Source: Polyangiales bacterium (GTDB lineage Bacteria; Myxococcota_A; Polyangia; Polyangiales; Ga0077539). Taken from it: DNA of 64,000 nt. Positions within the stretch are counted from its first letter, which is position 1, and each line of letters starts with the position of its first letter. Location: positions 1,056,001 to 1,120,000 of the forward strand of contig JBGARZ010000001.1 in NCBI GenBank assembly GCA_044229975.1, read 5' to 3'. Shown here piece after piece: positions 61,901 to 64,000 of this stretch. The notes below the pieces were generated by a model, which saw only the letters and a list, made by a program, of their open reading frames with translations, was not told where the DNA came from and searched no databases. Both the position numbers and the translations under genes were made by a program.

Positions 61901-62830
61901 ATGGTCAACTCAAGAGTGAGTGTCGCGTCCATCCCCGTTTTTCTCGGTGTTCTCGTTGGCGGTGCGACCGTCGCGGCGCAGCCGACCCACATATTACCGT
62001 CCCAGGTAATCACCCTCCCCTCGTGGTCGGATCGCGCCGGTCGCGTGACCTACGAGCGGCTCGATCGCACCGTCGATCGCGAGGGTCGCCCAGCCTCGCG
62101 GCTGCACCTGCGCGACACCCGCGGTCGCACCTTCCACGGCCTCGTGACGACGGACGCGATCGTTCACCTACGACCGGGCGTCGATGCGAACCTCACCTTC
62201 ACGGCGCTCGGTCTCGCGCCGGTGCGACCGCTGTTTGCGGCGACGCGGTCGTGGCTGGTTCGTGACGTTGCTGCGGTCGCCGATGGTGCCGATCTCGCCG
62301 CGCGGTTGTCCGTCGACGGCGTCGCGGGGCGACTGTTGACGGCGGCGGTGCCCGGCCTCGCCGTCGAGCGAAGCACCTGGCAGATACGCGTACCGCCCGA
62401 CGACCCTCGCTACGGCGGTCAGTGGTACCTCGCGCGGATGCAGATCGAGACCGCGTGGCCCATCCAGACCGGGACGCGCGAGACGGCGATCGCGGTGGTC
62501 GACAACGGCTGCGAGCAGGCCCACCCCGACCTGATGGCCACCATCGTCTCTGGGCGCGACGCGCTCGACCGTGATGACGACCCGGAGTTCTTGCCGATGT
62601 CGAGCGGCGACAACCACGGAACCTCTGGCGCCGGCATCGTCGCGGGCGTCGGCGACAACGGCGTCGGCATCGCCGGGGTCGGTCCTCGCTGCACGGTGCG
62701 GTGGTGGTCTTCGCCGCGGGCAACGAGAACCGCGAGATCGGCGACGACGAGATCTACGGAGTGCGCGGCGTGGTGACCGTCGACGCGCGGACCAACTTCG
62801 ACGAGCCGACGTCGTTCAGCAACCGCGGCC
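61886..62830 (+). pseudogene. Disrupted S8 (subtilisin-like) peptidase
   Basis: DDP.Y..QWYL, IAVVDNG (Asp), NHGTS.AG (His). The frame then shifts at ~62700 to VVFAAGNE..TSFSNRG. No GTS catalytic-Ser motif appears before the convergent gene. Confidence 0.75.
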
Positions 62831-62884
62831 TCCCGGTGCATCGCTCATGGTGGTGCTCGCGACGCGTCGGCGCAGGTCTCTCGC

Positions 62885-64000
62885 TCACCAGAAGACCGGG
62901 CGCGTCGGCGCGCGGGTGCGGCCCGACGCGGGATAGCCCAGCGTCCCCTCGTAGCCCCAGCAGTAGACCCGCGGCGGAACAACCGTCCCCACGGTCTCGG
63001 CCACCGTCAGGAGGCACCCGTAGTTGTCCGAGAGGGAGACGCTCTGCACGCGCAGCGTCGCGACCCCCGGCGGCGCAGGCACCCTGGTCGCGCGCGGAAC
63101 GTTCCCGGCGACGTCGACCCCCGCCTGACCCACGAGGTTGTTGCCCCAGCAGTAGAGCGCTCGCGTCGAGGTGATGGCGCACGCCCCGGCGTAGGTCGTG
63201 GCGACGGCGATGACGTCTGTGAGCGGGATATCCCGCGATGGCATTGTCGGGTCGGCCGTCACCACGCGCGTCGGAACGTTGCGGTTCGTGGACGTCCCGT
63301 CACCGACCTGGCCCACGTCGTTGCGACCCCAACACCAGAGGGCGCCCGTGTTGTCGAGGGCGCACCCGAACTCCAGCCCCGCAGCGATGGCCGTACACGG
63401 CGGGAGGGTCGGGATGCGTCGCGCCTGCGCTGCGTAGTCCGTCGGCGCGGTGTAGCCGAGCCCGAGGCGACCATCGCCGTTGACGCCCCAGCTCCACACC
63501 TCGCCGTTGTCGCGCAAGGCGAGCGAGAAGCTGGTGCCGCGCCGCACCTGCGTGACGCCCACGAGCGGTTGATCGTCGAAGCGCAGGACGGGGAACGCGG
63601 GGTCAGGCTGCGTGCGATCGGCGCCTCTGGGGTTGCCCTGCGCGTAGGCGAGCGCGCTGCCCCAGCAGGCGACGCGGCCGTCGGTTCCGTAGGCCGCGCA
63701 GCCGATGCTGTAGATGCCGTTGGGGCTGCCCGTCGCGTCGCGCACGCCCGTGAGACCCGGGATGTCGACCCACCGCGTGCGCGAGGTCGTGGTGCCATCA
63801 CCGAGCGCGCCGCCGTTGGAACCAAGCCCCTGCAACGTCCCGCTCGACGTGACCCGATAGAGACGACCGGGGGAAGCGAAGATGAGGTCCTGTCCGGTGA
63901 GGTCGACCGCGATCGGCGACGGCACCTCGCGGTACCCCGCCCATGGAAACACCGCTGGGGTCGCGTCCGTCTCGCTCGCCCAGGAGCCCTGCCCGAAGCC
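62885..64000 (-). CDS. RCC1/BLIP-II repeat beta-propeller protein (5' end beyond the window)
   Basis: Repeated C/SWG.N..G.LG/VGDG motifs. The frame stays open to position 64000. Confidence 0.85.
   Translation of the reverse strand, partial: GFGQGSWASETDATPAVFPWAGYREVPSPIAVDLTGQDLIFASPGRLYRVTSSGTLQGLGSNGGALGDGTTTSRTRWVDIPGLTGVRDATGSPNGIYSIGCAAYGTDGRVACWGSALAYAQGNPRGADRTQPDPAFPVLRFDDQPLVGVTQVRRGTSFSLALRDNGEVWSWGVNGDGRLGLGYTAPTDYAAQARRIPTLPPCTAIAAGLEFGCALDNTGALWCWGRNDVGQVGDGTSTNRNVPTRVVTADPTMPSRDIPLTDVIAVATTYAGACAITSTRALYCWGNNLVGQAGVDVAGNVPRATRVPAPPGVATLRVQSVSLSDNYGCLLTVAETVGTVVPPRVYCWGYEGTLGYPASGRTRAPTRPVFW

Overview
High-GC bacterial DNA. MYXO-CTERM tails, MXAN-type families, Ser/Thr kinases and DAG-rich lipoproteins point to Myxococcota, probably Polyangia-like (inference). 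From left to right: a housekeeping block (partial ligA, ArsA-like ATPase, DUF2330 protein, xseA, aroE, two Ser/Thr kinases, CcmA-like ATPase, YggX with an extra domain, DHH protein, MATE, FG-GAP lipoprotein, tRNA-Pro); a sigma54-controlled sulfur/persulfide cluster (TauE, two YeeE/YedE, persulfide dioxygenase-rhodanese, enhancer-binding protein); an ECF sigma/anti-sigma locus facing an operon of putative heme proteins; a GMC oxidase-hydrolase fusion; an orphan T6SS spike locus with three tandem, near-equal-length vgrG genes followed by DUF2169-pentapeptide, pentapeptide, DUF3540 and DUF4150/PAAR-like genes; kup, a Gre-family factor and a multicopper oxidase; a Fur-boxed heme-uptake operon in which a metalloprotease with a MYXO-CTERM tail reads in frame into a TonB-dependent receptor; a decayed subtilase; and a partial RCC1-repeat gene. 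No CRISPR array, rRNA or transposase/integrase was seen. All family calls come from motif recognition by eye, with no database searches, and many start codons are estimates.
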